From: Minisyncoccota bacterium | Lineage (GTDB): Bacteria > Patescibacteriota > Minisyncoccia > Phycocordibacterales > CAIZLB01 | Direction: 5' to 3' | Assembly (NCBI GenBank): GCA_036405975.1 | Contig: DASWWM010000034.1 | Coordinates: forward strand, 4,675 to 68,674 | Length of the DNA: 64,000 bases | Shown here: piece by piece, positions 36,717-46,550 of the stretch | How positions within the stretch are numbered: the stretch's first letter is position 1 | How the letters are laid out: every line of letters starts with the position of its first letter | Notes under the pieces: generated by a model | What the model was told of the DNA's origin: nothing | Database searches by the model: none | What the model saw: only the letters and a program-made list of their open reading frames with translations | Translations under genes and position numbers: made by a program

Positions 36717-37628
36717 ATGGATCTTAAAAAATACCATATCAACCTTTCCTCTGAAGAACTCAATTCATTCCTCAAGGGAGCTGGAATTATCTGTCTCGGA
36801 CTCCTTTCCCTCTTCATTCTCGTGAAGACGGTAAGCGAGATCAAGCAGTATCCTACTATCGGAAATACTCCTGGCCAGAATGTGATTTCTGTCGCTGGAA
36901 ACGCTGAGATGTTCATCAAGCCTGATATCACTACATTCACATGGACTGTAGAAGGCGAGGGGGCGACTATTGAAAAGGCTCAGACTGCTGCAGCTGAAAA
37001 GGGAAATAAGGCGGTAGAATTCCTTAAGGAAAAGGGAATCAAGGAGGCTGACCTTAAGACGACTGGATACTATACGAATACGAAGTACGATACTCAGATT
37101 CGGCCTTGCGCAGTTTCTGCTGCACGCCCTGCTAATATCGAGCCTGCCTCTCCTGACATGGCCGTCTCAATGCCAGCGGTCACATCTGTCGGCGTGACTG
37201 TCCCGCCTTGCTCAAACACTGACCAGGTTGCAGTCGGATACACAACTATCCAGACAGTCGAGGTCAAGGTTCGAAAGATCAATGACAATCCAGAGCTTAC
37301 AAGCCAGCTCGTCGCGGGTCTCGGATCAATCGGAGCAAAGGTCTCTTCTCCTCGAAGCACAGTAGACGAGCCTGAGAAGTACCAGCAAAAGGTGCGACAG
37401 GAAGCCATCATCAAGGCTCGAAACGAGGCTGAAGTCCTCGCTCGAACACTTGGCGTGAAGCTCGTACGGGTTGTCAGCTATAACGACAATTCATACCCGG
37501 TTTATCCCATGTACGATATGGCCATGTCTGCACGGGCTGAAGCCGGAGGAAAGGCTGTCGCCCCTTCTCTTCCTACGGGAACGAACAAGATCTCATCTGA
37601 CGTAACGGTCACATTCGAGATTCGGTAG
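36717..37628 (+). CDS. SIMPL (DUF541) domain protein
   Basis: TM; ISVAG.....KPD, AI.KAR..AE.LA..LGVKL, VTVTFEI. Confidence 0.88.
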   Translation: MDLKKYHINLSSEELNSFLKGAGIICLGLLSLFILVKTVSEIKQYPTIGNTPGQNVISVAGNAEMFIKPDITTFTWTVEGEGATIEKAQTAAAEKGNKAVEFLKEKGIKEADLKTTGYYTNTKYDTQIRPCAVSAARPANIEPASPDMAVSMPAVTSVGVTVPPCSNTDQVAVGYTTIQTVEVKVRKINDNPELTSQLVAGLGSIGAKVSSPRSTVDEPEKYQQKVRQEAIIKARNEAEVLARTLGVKLVRVVSYNDNSYPVYPMYDMAMSARAEAGGKAVAPSLPTGTNKISSDVTVTFEIR

Positions 37629-37761
37629 TCCAAAATAGCAAGATTTAAGGCGCCTAGTCTGAATCTGGGCCGGATTGACAAAATCCTCAAATCTACTACT
37701 ATATGAACAACCGCAAAAGCACCCGAAAGGGTGTTTTTGAATAGAAGATTAAACCAAGTAT

Positions 37762-37950
37762 ATGGCTATAAATAAATACATAAATGAAACTAAGGCCGAA
37801 TTGAAGCATGTCACATGGCCTACAAGGAACCAGACAGTCATCTATTCAGTGCTCGTCGTAGCTATTTCTTTGGTGGTAGCTGCCTACCTCGGCCTCCTCG
37901 ACTCGGCTTTCGGCTCAGTCATCAGGCTCATCCTTCCTTCATACAACTAA
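37762..37950 (+). CDS. secE: Preprotein translocase SecE
   Basis: ELKHVTWP plus TM; upstream of nusG. Confidence 0.93.
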   Translation: MAINKYINETKAELKHVTWPTRNQTVIYSVLVVAISLVVAAYLGLLDSAFGSVIRLILPSYN

Positions 37951-38023
37951 TATCCATCTTGAGCGGCATCAGGCCGGACTCCCTGCAAGGAAAGGGAAGT
38001 TCAAGAATCTAACAACTACTACT

Positions 38024-38566
38024 ATGTCAAAACAAGTACAAGGCGAGCGAAATTGGTACGCGATCCATACATATGCCGGATACGAGAATGCGGTGCTTCG
38101 AAACCTCAAGCAGCGAATCGAGTCTTTGGGCATGGAAGACAAGATCTTCAACGTGATCGTTCCTGTCGAGAAGAAGATCAAGATCAAGGCGGGCAAGCGA
38201 GTCGAAGAAGAGGAAAAAATCTACCCAGGATACGTTCTCGTGGACATGATGGTAACTGATGACTCATGGTACGTAGTCCGAAACACTCCTCGAGTGACAG
38301 GGTTCGTGGGCTCGGGAACTGTTCCTGTGCCTCTCGACAAGTCTGAGGTTGAAACTCTCTTCAAGCGAATGAACACTGACAACGTCAAGCATACAATCGA
38401 CCTTGGAACAGGCGACCTCATTACTATCACGGATGGTCCGTTCAAGGATCTTGAAGGAAAGGTATCGGAAGTCGACACTGATCGAGGAAAGGTAAAGGTC
38501 CTCGTATCGATGTTCGGCCGAGAAACGCCGGTAGAACTCGACTTCTTGCAAGTTAAGAGGATGTAA
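38024..38566 (+). CDS. nusG: Transcription factor NusG
   Basis: WYAIHTYAGYE, PGYVLV, RNTPRVTGFVG, MFGRETPVEL. Confidence 0.97.
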   Translation: MSKQVQGERNWYAIHTYAGYENAVLRNLKQRIESLGMEDKIFNVIVPVEKKIKIKAGKRVEEEEKIYPGYVLVDMMVTDDSWYVVRNTPRVTGFVGSGTVPVPLDKSEVETLFKRMNTDNVKHTIDLGTGDLITITDGPFKDLEGKVSEVDTDRGKVKVLVSMFGRETPVELDFLQVKRM

Positions 38567-38677
38567 GGTATCGTACTGCTTACGGCCAGCTCGCTCGGCT
38601 TCTACTTGTCGAAATGGTCATAAATTGGATACAGGGCTTTACTAAGCCGTTTTCAGAAATTAAAACAATATAAATTT

Positions 38678-39103
38678 ATGGCAAAGAAAATAATCAAACA
38701 GCTCAAGCTTCAGATTCCTGCGGCGAAGGCGACTCCGGCTCCACCGATCGGTCCGGCTCTCGGACAGGCCGGAATTCCAATCGGAGAATTCGTTAAGAAA
38801 TTCAACGATGCGACGGCTCAGATGGCAGGGGATATCATCCCTACTGTCATTACGGTCTACGAGGACAGGTCATATGACTTCATCCTCAAGACTCCTCCGG
38901 CTGCAAACCTCGTAAAGAAGGCTATCGGCATCGAGTCAGGATCAGGAACTCCTAACAGCAAGAAGGCTGGAAAAATCACTCGGGCTCAGGTTCGAGAGAT
39001 CGCAGAAAAGAAGATGCCCGACCTCAATGCGAAGGACATCGAAGGCGCTATGAAGATGATCGAAGGAACATGCCGATCACTCGGAGTAGAAGTAGTGGGT
39101 TAA
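38678..39103 (+). CDS. rplK: 50S ribosomal protein L11
   Basis: [31 protein letters not shown]. Confidence 0.97.
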   Translation: MAKKIIKQLKLQIPAAKATPAPPIGPALGQAGIPIGEFVKKFNDATAQMAGDIIPTVITVYEDRSYDFILKTPPAANLVKKAIGIESGSGTPNSKKAGKITRAQVREIAEKKMPDLNAKDIEGAMKMIEGTCRSLGVEVVG

Positions 39104-39120
39104 TCCAACTCTCTTCACAA

Positions 39121-39153
39121 GAAAAAAACCGCCCAGCAATGGGCGGTTTTTTC
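39121..39153. terminator. Bidirectional intrinsic terminator after rplK
   Basis: AAAAAACCGCCCA-GCAA-TGGGCGGTTTTTT. Confidence 0.8.
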
Positions 39154-39174
39154 ATACGGGTACTCAGACTTTAA

Positions 39175-39609
39175 TTACTTCTCTCCTGTACTACCAAATG
39201 CTCCTGCACCTCTTGTTGTCTCGTTTAGCTCCTCGACTTCGATGATCTGTGCCCTTTCAACTGGCATCACAAGCATCTGTATGATCTTCTGGCCGGCTTC
39301 AAGGGTGTAGGCCTTATCCGACTGATTCATAAGCCCGGCATGGATCTCGCCCCTGTATCCGGAATCGATCACGTTCCCAAAGGTCTTGAGTCCGTATTTA
39401 TGTGAAAGGCTACTCTTGTCGAACATGAGTCCTACGTAACCATCTGGTATTTCCATTGCGATGCCGAGAGGGACGGTCTTTCTGTCACCTGGCTGGAGCG
39501 TGATGCTTTCAGGGACATAGAGGTCGAAGCCAGCGTCGCCTGCATGGGCATAGCTAGGTACTTTCAGGTCCGGATGGAGCTTTTTAATCTTAAGTAGTAC
39601 GGGCGTCAT
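39175..39609 (-). CDS. dut: dUTP diphosphatase
   Basis: AGFDL, KSS, VIDSGYRGE, RGAGAFGSTG. Confidence 0.96.
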   Translation of the reverse strand: MTPVLLKIKKLHPDLKVPSYAHAGDAGFDLYVPESITLQPGDRKTVPLGIAMEIPDGYVGLMFDKSSLSHKYGLKTFGNVIDSGYRGEIHAGLMNQSDKAYTLEAGQKIIQMLVMPVERAQIIEVEELNETTRGAGAFGSTGEK

Positions 39610-39630
39610 GGGTTTTATGTTACGTATAGC

Positions 39631-40182
39631 CTAATACTTCTCAACTTCCTTGTCGAGAATCTCAAGTTCGGTGCCGGCTTCTTTGAAAATGCGCTTGCTT
39701 TGCTTTGAGGCCTGATAGTCCTTTGCTGCAATAACCCGGACGATGCCGGCGTTTATGACGAGCTTGGCACAGACATAGCAGGGAACCATCTTGCAGTAGA
39801 GCGTTGCACCCTCAAGCGATACGCCGATGCGGGCGGCTTGAACGATGGCATTCTGTTCCGCATGGATGGTTCTAATGCAATGCATCGTCTCTCTGCCGTC
39901 ATCGTGAGTTACTTTATGCATCTCATGGCCGACTTCGTCGCAGTGGGGAAGGCCGATCGGGGAACCGACGTAGCCTGCCGTTACGAGCCTCTTGTCCTTC
40001 ACGATGACGCAGCCCGATCGGCCTCGGTCGCACGTTCCTCGGCTACCGACCATTTCACAGATCGACATGAAGTATTCGTCCCATGACGGTCGCGTATCTT
40101 TGCCGATAGAGTTCTTGGCTGTCTTCTTTGCAGGGACCTTGGCTGCCTTAGTCGAAGCAGCCTTTTTCTTTGAGTTTTTCAT
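39631..40182 (-). CDS. dCMP deaminase (ComEB-like)
   Basis: RPSWDEYFM, HAEQNAI, PCYVC. Confidence 0.92.
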   Translation of the reverse strand: MKNSKKKAASTKAAKVPAKKTAKNSIGKDTRPSWDEYFMSICEMVGSRGTCDRGRSGCVIVKDKRLVTAGYVGSPIGLPHCDEVGHEMHKVTHDDGRETMHCIRTIHAEQNAIVQAARIGVSLEGATLYCKMVPCYVCAKLVINAGIVRVIAAKDYQASKQSKRIFKEAGTELEILDKEVEKY

Positions 40183-40285
40183 TGCACCTGAATTATATCC
40201 CAATCATCACGAATGTGTGTAACTTGATATTTGCACACATTGTTATGTGATAACATTAAGCCATTAGCTATTATAAGATCATCAC

Positions 40286-41347
40286 ATGAAGAGAATCGCA
40301 CATATGGTAACCGGGATACTTCTTGCCTTCGCAGCGATTGCTGCAAGCCAGTTGGTATCTCCAGAGCCTGGAAACGCCCAAACAAGCATCCGGCGTCTTT
40401 ACGGGCATGCCTGGTCTTCGAATATCGGCTGGGTTTCGTTCAGCGAAAGCAATGATCCTGCGAAGTCGGTAATTATCAGAAGGATAGGAGGAGTAGATTA
40501 CCTCGATGGCTTCGCCTGGTCTCCGAATATCGGCTGGATCAAATTTGGTTGCAGCGGAACTTCGACTTCGAGGGAGAGTTCGAACCAATTCTGCGTGAAA
40601 GATTCTGTTACCTCTTTCGGGCGATACAGGAACCTTTCGCAGCCGAGATTGAGCGGAACGCAGATTATCGGATCTGCACGAACGTGCGCCGGGATGTCTG
40701 CTGCCGCAGATTGCTTCGCTTCTGAGTTAAGTGGAGGGAATCAGCCCGTGAACGGCTGGGACGGTATCATCAGCCTGAGCGGAACGGGTTACGGAATTAC
40801 TGTCCAGTCAAATGGCAGGACATTGGCGGGTCCGGGAGGAACAGGTATTCCATATGCATGGGGAGGGGACAATATCGGCTGGCTCAATTTCAGTGGCGTA
40901 AGCATCGAGTCTGTGGGAGACCTCTGTACTTTGTCTGACGGTACGGTTCTCGTAGAAGGAGGGTCTGCTCCTGTCATTACCAAAGTCGGCACCTCATGCA
41001 CTTCTACCATGTGGTCGTGCATTAACAAGGTTCCCGTTCAAGGCGCAACCGTTGACGTAAGCTGTGACGACGACGTTCCTCTGCCTGAAAATTTCTCTTG
41101 CACCCATGGCGGAAAGACATACGAAGGCGATACGACAACCTCGCTCTTTTCTAGGTCTCAGGTCAGGGCGGGTCAGTCATGCAGCGATTACTCAGCGACG
41201 CTCAGATGCGTAAGGGTTCCGGTTGATGGACCTGATAACGATACGGGAAGAATGGAAATAATAGCGCCTGAGGAAAAACAGGGCGATGATCCGGCCGATT
41301 ACGTCTATCCCGGATGCAGGCCATTGCCAGATTACATCGAACAATAA
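40286..41347 (+). CDS. Secreted Cys-rich protein with G.AW..NIGW..F repeats
   Basis: Signal peptide; GHAWSSNIGWVSF, GFAWSPNIGWIKF, YAWGGDNIGWLNF. Confidence 0.8.
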   Translation: MKRIAHMVTGILLAFAAIAASQLVSPEPGNAQTSIRRLYGHAWSSNIGWVSFSESNDPAKSVIIRRIGGVDYLDGFAWSPNIGWIKFGCSGTSTSRESSNQFCVKDSVTSFGRYRNLSQPRLSGTQIIGSARTCAGMSAAADCFASELSGGNQPVNGWDGIISLSGTGYGITVQSNGRTLAGPGGTGIPYAWGGDNIGWLNFSGVSIESVGDLCTLSDGTVLVEGGSAPVITKVGTSCTSTMWSCINKVPVQGATVDVSCDDDVPLPENFSCTHGGKTYEGDTTTSLFSRSQVRAGQSCSDYSATLRCVRVPVDGPDNDTGRMEIIAPEEKQGDDPADYVYPGCRPLPDYIEQ

Positions 41348-41351
41348 TTAT

Positions 41352-41675
41352 ATGGATACAAATAACATGTACGGACAAAGCGGTCGGGCATCAGGCGTCG
41401 CAAAAACGATCATTCTCTACTCGGCAATCATCGTATTTTTCGGGGCGCTGCTAGGAGCAGTCTACTGGTGGGCAAATACCAAGACGGCTGTCGAGGAAAA
41501 TCTGTATGTCGATCCGCGAACTCCCGAACAGATGGAAGCGGCCTATTTCAGGGAAATGGAAGCGAACCCTGAGGACTTTGAATTCGACGTTTCCAATCCT
41601 GCGGAAGTCGAGGCGTATGTGGGTGAAAATCTTCCCGAGCCTTATGCGACCGGTACGCAGCAGAATGCTGACTAA
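41352..41675 (+). CDS. Hypothetical single-TM protein
   Basis: TM followed by an acidic tail; in operon. Confidence 0.7.
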   Translation: MDTNNMYGQSGRASGVAKTIILYSAIIVFFGALLGAVYWWANTKTAVEENLYVDPRTPEQMEAAYFREMEANPEDFEFDVSNPAEVEAYVGENLPEPYATGTQQNAD

Positions 41676-41701
41676 AAGCTAAAAGACCTAATTACAAAAA
41701 T

Positions 41702-42049
41702 ATGAAAAAACAAATCAAAGAAACAGTTTATGGATTCATTCTCGCGATAGTTCTTGTCGGAGGCGCGAGCTTCGTTCATGCCCAGACGTGGTCGAGCTCA
41801 TGGGTTCCAGCTCCAAGCCAGATGCCTCCTTCAAATACAAACATTCCCGCTCCTGTGAATACAGGTTCTGCCGGACAGACCAAGCTTGGGTCGCTGAAAA
41901 TCAACGGATCATTGTCTGTTCTCGGAACAATGCTCTTCTCTGGCCCGGTCAGGATTCCGCAGAATGCGGCGGACGGAAAGGTGCTTACGTCGGATGCTAC
42001 CGGGGTTGCCACATGGCAGCCTCTTCCGGCGGTTTGCCGACCGATTTAG
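41702..42049 (+). CDS. Secreted protein with PP.N..APVN...QTK.GSL / GKVLTSD..G.A.W module
   Basis: Signal peptide (VHA-Q); module shared with next gene. Confidence 0.75.
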   Translation: MKKQIKETVYGFILAIVLVGGASFVHAQTWSSSWVPAPSQMPPSNTNIPAPVNTGSAGQTKLGSLKINGSLSVLGTMLFSGPVRIPQNAADGKVLTSDATGVATWQPLPAVCRPI

Positions 42050-42088
42050 GGCATTTACCTGCTCCTTTAGCACTCTAATTACTGACGC

Positions 42089-43150
42089 ATGAAGCATACA
42101 ATCAAGACAACCCAATTTCTCCACTTCTTCGCATGGTCGCTTTTCCTTGTCGGGGGACTGCAGCTGGCATTGTCGTTTACATCGGCAGGAAGCAGCGTGC
42201 CGCCCAACGGCACCCCTTCCATTTTTTACCCGATCATGACAGCCAATACCAATCCTGCCGAACAGACAAAGGCTGGATCATTGACTATGAGTCCTGGAGG
42301 TCTCGAGGTGGTCGGGACTACGACTATCAATCAGGCATTCAGGATAAACTCGGGTACTCCCGGAACCGGCAAGGTGCTTATCTCCGATTCGCAGGGATAT
42401 GGAAGCTGGAAAGGGCTGACATTCGCTGATGATCCATACGGTGAATGCCGAAGGACTGCCCAGACTACGACTCCGGGAGCCAGAATAGCATCGGCATCTA
42501 CTAAAGTCGGCCAGAACGGGACATATATCCAAAGAAGAATGGTCTTCGGTGGAGAGCATCTCATTGTTGCCACTACGACTTTCAGCGTCGAGCCGGGATC
42601 CTGCATGTACAGCTACTACCATGTGGCGACAGACGGATCAAAAGAATACAGGTATTGCGACGGCATTGACGAGAGGATTTACTTCAGAAATGGATCATGG
42701 GGCGATAGTTCTGCCAGAAGACATGGGCTAAACGGCACATACGCCGAGGATGATGGCGGAAACGGTATGGCTTTCGCTGTCTGCAAGGAAAGGGCGTTCA
42801 CATACTCTGCGAAAACCGTGGATAATTGCAAGGCGGGATACGGAACGGTAGGTACAGGGCATTATGTAGGAGCCGTTAAGGATTCTGCGGCTACTGATCC
42901 CGGCATTACGACCGGCACGTTCGTGACATGTACCATGGATTATTTCCCGCCTTGGACATGTCCAGCTGAAACGGGCACATATCGCTATTCGAATCTCAAT
43001 CTCGCAACCGGAAAGTGCACGAGGACTCACAAGACAAGCGGCGCGACTGCGCAAGTCAACGTGGTCAAGCCGGGCAAGGTTGACCAATGCGCACCTGGAT
43101 GGACACCGTATCAGATTGCCGGAAGGTGTGTCGGGGGCTCTATCAACTAG
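42089..43150 (+). CDS. Secreted protein with the same module plus Cys-rich C-terminal region
   Basis: Signal peptide, QTKAGSL, GKVLISDSQGYGSW, about 10 Cys downstream. Confidence 0.75.
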   Translation: MKHTIKTTQFLHFFAWSLFLVGGLQLALSFTSAGSSVPPNGTPSIFYPIMTANTNPAEQTKAGSLTMSPGGLEVVGTTTINQAFRINSGTPGTGKVLISDSQGYGSWKGLTFADDPYGECRRTAQTTTPGARIASASTKVGQNGTYIQRRMVFGGEHLIVATTTFSVEPGSCMYSYYHVATDGSKEYRYCDGIDERIYFRNGSWGDSSARRHGLNGTYAEDDGGNGMAFAVCKERAFTYSAKTVDNCKAGYGTVGTGHYVGAVKDSAATDPGITTGTFVTCTMDYFPPWTCPAETGTYRYSNLNLATGKCTRTHKTSGATAQVNVVKPGKVDQCAPGWTPYQIAGRCVGGSIN

Positions 43151-43284
43151 TAATCAATAAGGCTGCATCGCTTGCAAAACCGCCGATACGGGCGGTTTTG
43201 CTTTCTTTGTAGCCATATAAAAACCCTTTGCGAGCCGTATCTTCAGCCTTATACTTAGGATGCTTATACATAACTCAGAATCAC

Positions 43285-44520
43285 ATGAAAGACTTGCAGA
43301 TCAAAAAACTGATTGAATCCGAAAAACGAAGGCAAAGATCAGTCATCAACCTGATCGCCTCAGAGAACTACTGCTCAAAGGATGCACTTGAGGCACTTGG
43401 TTCGGTCTTCGACAATAAGTATGCCGAAGGGTATCCTCATGCGAGATATTACGGAGGGAATCAGGTTGTGGACGAACTTGAGACGCTTGCTCAAATGCGA
43501 GCCATCAAGCTGTTCGGTCTTGATGCTGGCGAGCATAAAGATGCGAAGGCTCCGCTCAAAAGCAAATGGCATGTGAATGTGCAGCCTTGGTCTGGAGCCA
43601 ATGCGAACCTCGCTGCATATCTCGGCGCAGTTCCTGTCGGTTCAAAGATCATGGGCATGACTCTTTCTTCCGGAGGCCATCTCTCTCATGCTCAAAAAGT
43701 CTCAATCACTGGAAAAGTCTGGCAGCCTGTGCCATTCGTCGTGAATCCGACGACAGAGGTTCTTGACTATGACGAAGTTGAACGAATCGCAAAAGAAGAA
43801 AAGCCGGCACTCATCGTCGCGGGATTCACTGCATATCCTCGGCTTGTCGACTGGGCACGTTTTAGAAAGATTGCTGATGCATGCGGCGCTCTTCTCATGG
43901 TAGACATGTCGCATCTTGCCGGACTCATTGCGGGAAAGGCATATGCAAGCCCGTTCGCGTACGCGGACATCGTGACGACTACGACTCATAAGACGCTTCG
44001 GGGTCCGCGAGGGGCAATGATCTTTTCGCGAATCGACGAAAGGGAATTGAATAAAAAGATCGATAAGGCGCTATTCCCGGGTCTACAGGGGGGTCCTCAT
44101 GAAAGCCAGATTGCTGGTATTGCCGTTGCATTGAAAGAGGCAAGCGAAGCTTCATTCAAGACATATGCAAAGCAGGTTATAAAAAATGCGAAGACTCTAG
44201 CAAAGGAGCTTCAGAAGAAAGGCTGGCATATCGTATCAGGAGGAACTGATAGCCATATGGTTCTCGTGGACACGTGGATGGGTGGACAGAAGAATGAGAA
44301 GGGGGCTGGAGCTGTTCCGGGAAAAGTGGCTGAGCTTGCTCTTGAACAAGCTGGCATCATTTGCAATAAGAATACGGTTCCGGGCGAAAGCCGATCTCCA
44401 TTCGATCCATCTGGTATCCGACTCGGAACTCCGGCCGAGACGACTCGAGGAAAGAAGGAGGGCGACTTCGCAAAGATCGCCGAGAAGGTGGACCGGGTTC
44501 TTAGAGGGGTCAAGGCATAA
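43285..44520 (+). CDS. glyA: Serine hydroxymethyltransferase
   Basis: LIASEN, KYAEGYP, TTTTHKTLRGPRG, SGIRLGTP. Confidence 0.97.
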   Translation: MKDLQIKKLIESEKRRQRSVINLIASENYCSKDALEALGSVFDNKYAEGYPHARYYGGNQVVDELETLAQMRAIKLFGLDAGEHKDAKAPLKSKWHVNVQPWSGANANLAAYLGAVPVGSKIMGMTLSSGGHLSHAQKVSITGKVWQPVPFVVNPTTEVLDYDEVERIAKEEKPALIVAGFTAYPRLVDWARFRKIADACGALLMVDMSHLAGLIAGKAYASPFAYADIVTTTTHKTLRGPRGAMIFSRIDERELNKKIDKALFPGLQGGPHESQIAGIAVALKEASEASFKTYAKQVIKNAKTLAKELQKKGWHIVSGGTDSHMVLVDTWMGGQKNEKGAGAVPGKVAELALEQAGIICNKNTVPGESRSPFDPSGIRLGTPAETTRGKKEGDFAKIAEKVDRVLRGVKA

Positions 44521-44570
44521 GGCCTGAGACCGGAAAAAGAGGAAAAATACAAATACTTACGCGACATCAC

Positions 44571-45290
44571 ATGCTACAAAAAACTCAGAGACCTCTTCAT
44601 ATAGTCATCGAGGGAACGGATGGGTCCGGAAAGGCCACTCAGGTGAAAATCCTGAAGGAGCGATTCGCTTCAGAACTTGGCGAGGACAGCTGCACGACCA
44701 TCGACTTTCCGAGATATGGAACTCCTTCATGCCATTTCGTTGAAAAGTATCTGAATGGCGGATTTGGGACTGCGGAGGATGTTGGTCCGTATGCCGGATC
44801 GCTTTTGTATGCAGTCGATCGATATGACCATGCCCCTACCATCCGCAAGGACTTGGCCGAAGGCCGGCATGTGATCTGCGATCGGTACACGTCTGCGAAT
44901 ATGGGACATCAGGCGGGGAAGATCGACGATCTTGCTGAACGGGACAAGTATCTGGAATGGCTTGATCATACGGAGTTCAATCTTCTCGGGATCCCTCGGC
45001 CAGACCTCACCATTCTGTTATATGTAGATCCGGAAACAAATCAGAGGCTTATTGCCGCAAAAGATGACCGGGCATACTTGAAGGGGAAGAAAGCTGACAT
45101 TCATGAGGCCGACCTTGGGCACCTTCGAAAATCAAGCGAAGCGTTCCTGTATGTTGCAAAAAAATACGGATGGATCGTCGTCGACTGCGCTCCAAAGACT
45201 GAGGAATTCCCGGACGGAAGTCTCTTGTCACGGGAAATGATACATGAGATAGTCTGGAGGGAGATTCAGAAAAAAGTATTAGCAGAATAA
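44571..45290 (+). CDS. tmk: Thymidylate kinase
   Basis: IEGTDGSGKATQ, FPRY, CDRY, PDL. Confidence 0.93.
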   Translation: MLQKTQRPLHIVIEGTDGSGKATQVKILKERFASELGEDSCTTIDFPRYGTPSCHFVEKYLNGGFGTAEDVGPYAGSLLYAVDRYDHAPTIRKDLAEGRHVICDRYTSANMGHQAGKIDDLAERDKYLEWLDHTEFNLLGIPRPDLTILLYVDPETNQRLIAAKDDRAYLKGKKADIHEADLGHLRKSSEAFLYVAKKYGWIVVDCAPKTEEFPDGSLLSREMIHEIVWREIQKKVLAE

Positions 45291-45303
45291 CGCATAAAAC
45301 AAT

Positions 45304-45639
45304 ATGACACTCATGCAATGGCTTATCTCGACTATCGTAATCATCGTCGCGGCGATGCTGGTTCCGGGAGTCACGACTACGCTTGTTGGAGCAATCCTTC
45401 TTGCGGTAGTTCTCGCGATCATCAACCTCTTTATCCGACCGTTCATCTTTGTGCTCACGCTGCCTGTGAACGTCCTGACGCTCGGGCTCTTCTCGCTCGT
45501 CATCAATGCGCTGCTTGTTATGCTCGCAGCGGAAGTGGTGCCGGGATTCGCAGTCAGCGGATTCTGGACGGCGCTCATCTTCTCCGTTGTCCTCGCGCTC
45601 ATCAATGCCGTCTTCGGTACGTATCACCGAAAGGCTTAA
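45304..45639 (+). CDS. YvlD/DUF360 (phage holin-like family) membrane protein
   Basis: IRP....LTLP...LTLGLF.LVINA, VPGF. Confidence 0.88.
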   Translation: MTLMQWLISTIVIIVAAMLVPGVTTTLVGAILLAVVLAIINLFIRPFIFVLTLPVNVLTLGLFSLVINALLVMLAAEVVPGFAVSGFWTALIFSVVLALINAVFGTYHRKA

Positions 45640-45794
45640 GCTGAAAATCGGTTAGCAAGCGAAAAGCGCCCTTCGATCTGAGGGGCGCTTTTCTATTGAC
45701 TATTTTCCGAGGCGTTGTACTCTTTGATCCGGCTTAAGAACATATAACAATCGACAAAAAGAAAGGAACCGAAAGAGTGAGAGCGTTTATCTCG

Positions 45795-46466
45795 ATGGAA
45801 AATGTCCAGAAAAGGGCAGGAATCATATTTGGCGAAAACAATGAACGGATGGGGCTTGCAAAGGTCTTCATGCATCTGAACTTCAGGGTCACCTCGCTGC
45901 AGAGGACAATCCGCAAGCGTGATATCGATATTGCTAGCAGGCAATGTGCGCAAGTGTTCGCGTGGATTGCAGGAGTGGCGAATCTTGCTGAACTGGGAAT
46001 CAATCTGTACCAGAGCCTGCTCGACCGTTACCCTGGCGTCTGTCCGTATTGCGGCGACTCGCCGCATACGTGCGGCACAAAGCGTCCCGATTCTAGATTA
46101 CCAACTGATATTCTGGCACATTTCAGAAATTCTCTTCCGGACGATATTGATGCGCAGTTGATGCTCTACAATATTTATCCCGAGAATGTCCTTGCGGAAT
46201 GCGTCGAGCATCTTATCGAAGAATCAGGGGAGCTCGGTCAGGCAATTTCTCAGGAGTCTCCTGCGGAAATTGAAATAGAGCTCGTGGACATGTTGGCACA
46301 TCTGTGCGGCATTGCCAGCATCTTGGGCTTCAACCTGCTCGACCAGGTTTTGGTCGAGTACCAAGAGGGGTGCACTGGATGCGGCAAGGCCCCATGCAAG
46401 TGCATCCAGTTTCACCAGTGCAAGGTAGGGTCCATCTCTTTGGGGGAATCTGATGCGTGCTCCTAA
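45795..46466 (+). CDS. Tandem MazG-like nucleotide pyrophosphohydrolase with Cys motifs (start 45795 or 45777)
   Basis: EESGEL...EIELVD in second repeat; YPGVCPYC..PHTC and Y..GCTGC..PCKC. Confidence 0.75.
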   Translation: MENVQKRAGIIFGENNERMGLAKVFMHLNFRVTSLQRTIRKRDIDIASRQCAQVFAWIAGVANLAELGINLYQSLLDRYPGVCPYCGDSPHTCGTKRPDSRLPTDILAHFRNSLPDDIDAQLMLYNIYPENVLAECVEHLIEESGELGQAISQESPAEIEIELVDMLAHLCGIASILGFNLLDQVLVEYQEGCTGCGKAPCKCIQFHQCKVGSISLGESDACS

Positions 46467-46550
46467 GAGTTCGTTCCAGTCGGTGTCATGCGCGGCGCCT
46501 CACGTTTTTGTGAGGCGCCGCTTTTCATGCTATATATAGGTTACATTCAT

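Noticed and set aside
45304-45639. Prophage suggested by a holin-family gene
   Set aside because: YvlD/DUF360 is a common chromosomal membrane protein; no phage genes nearby
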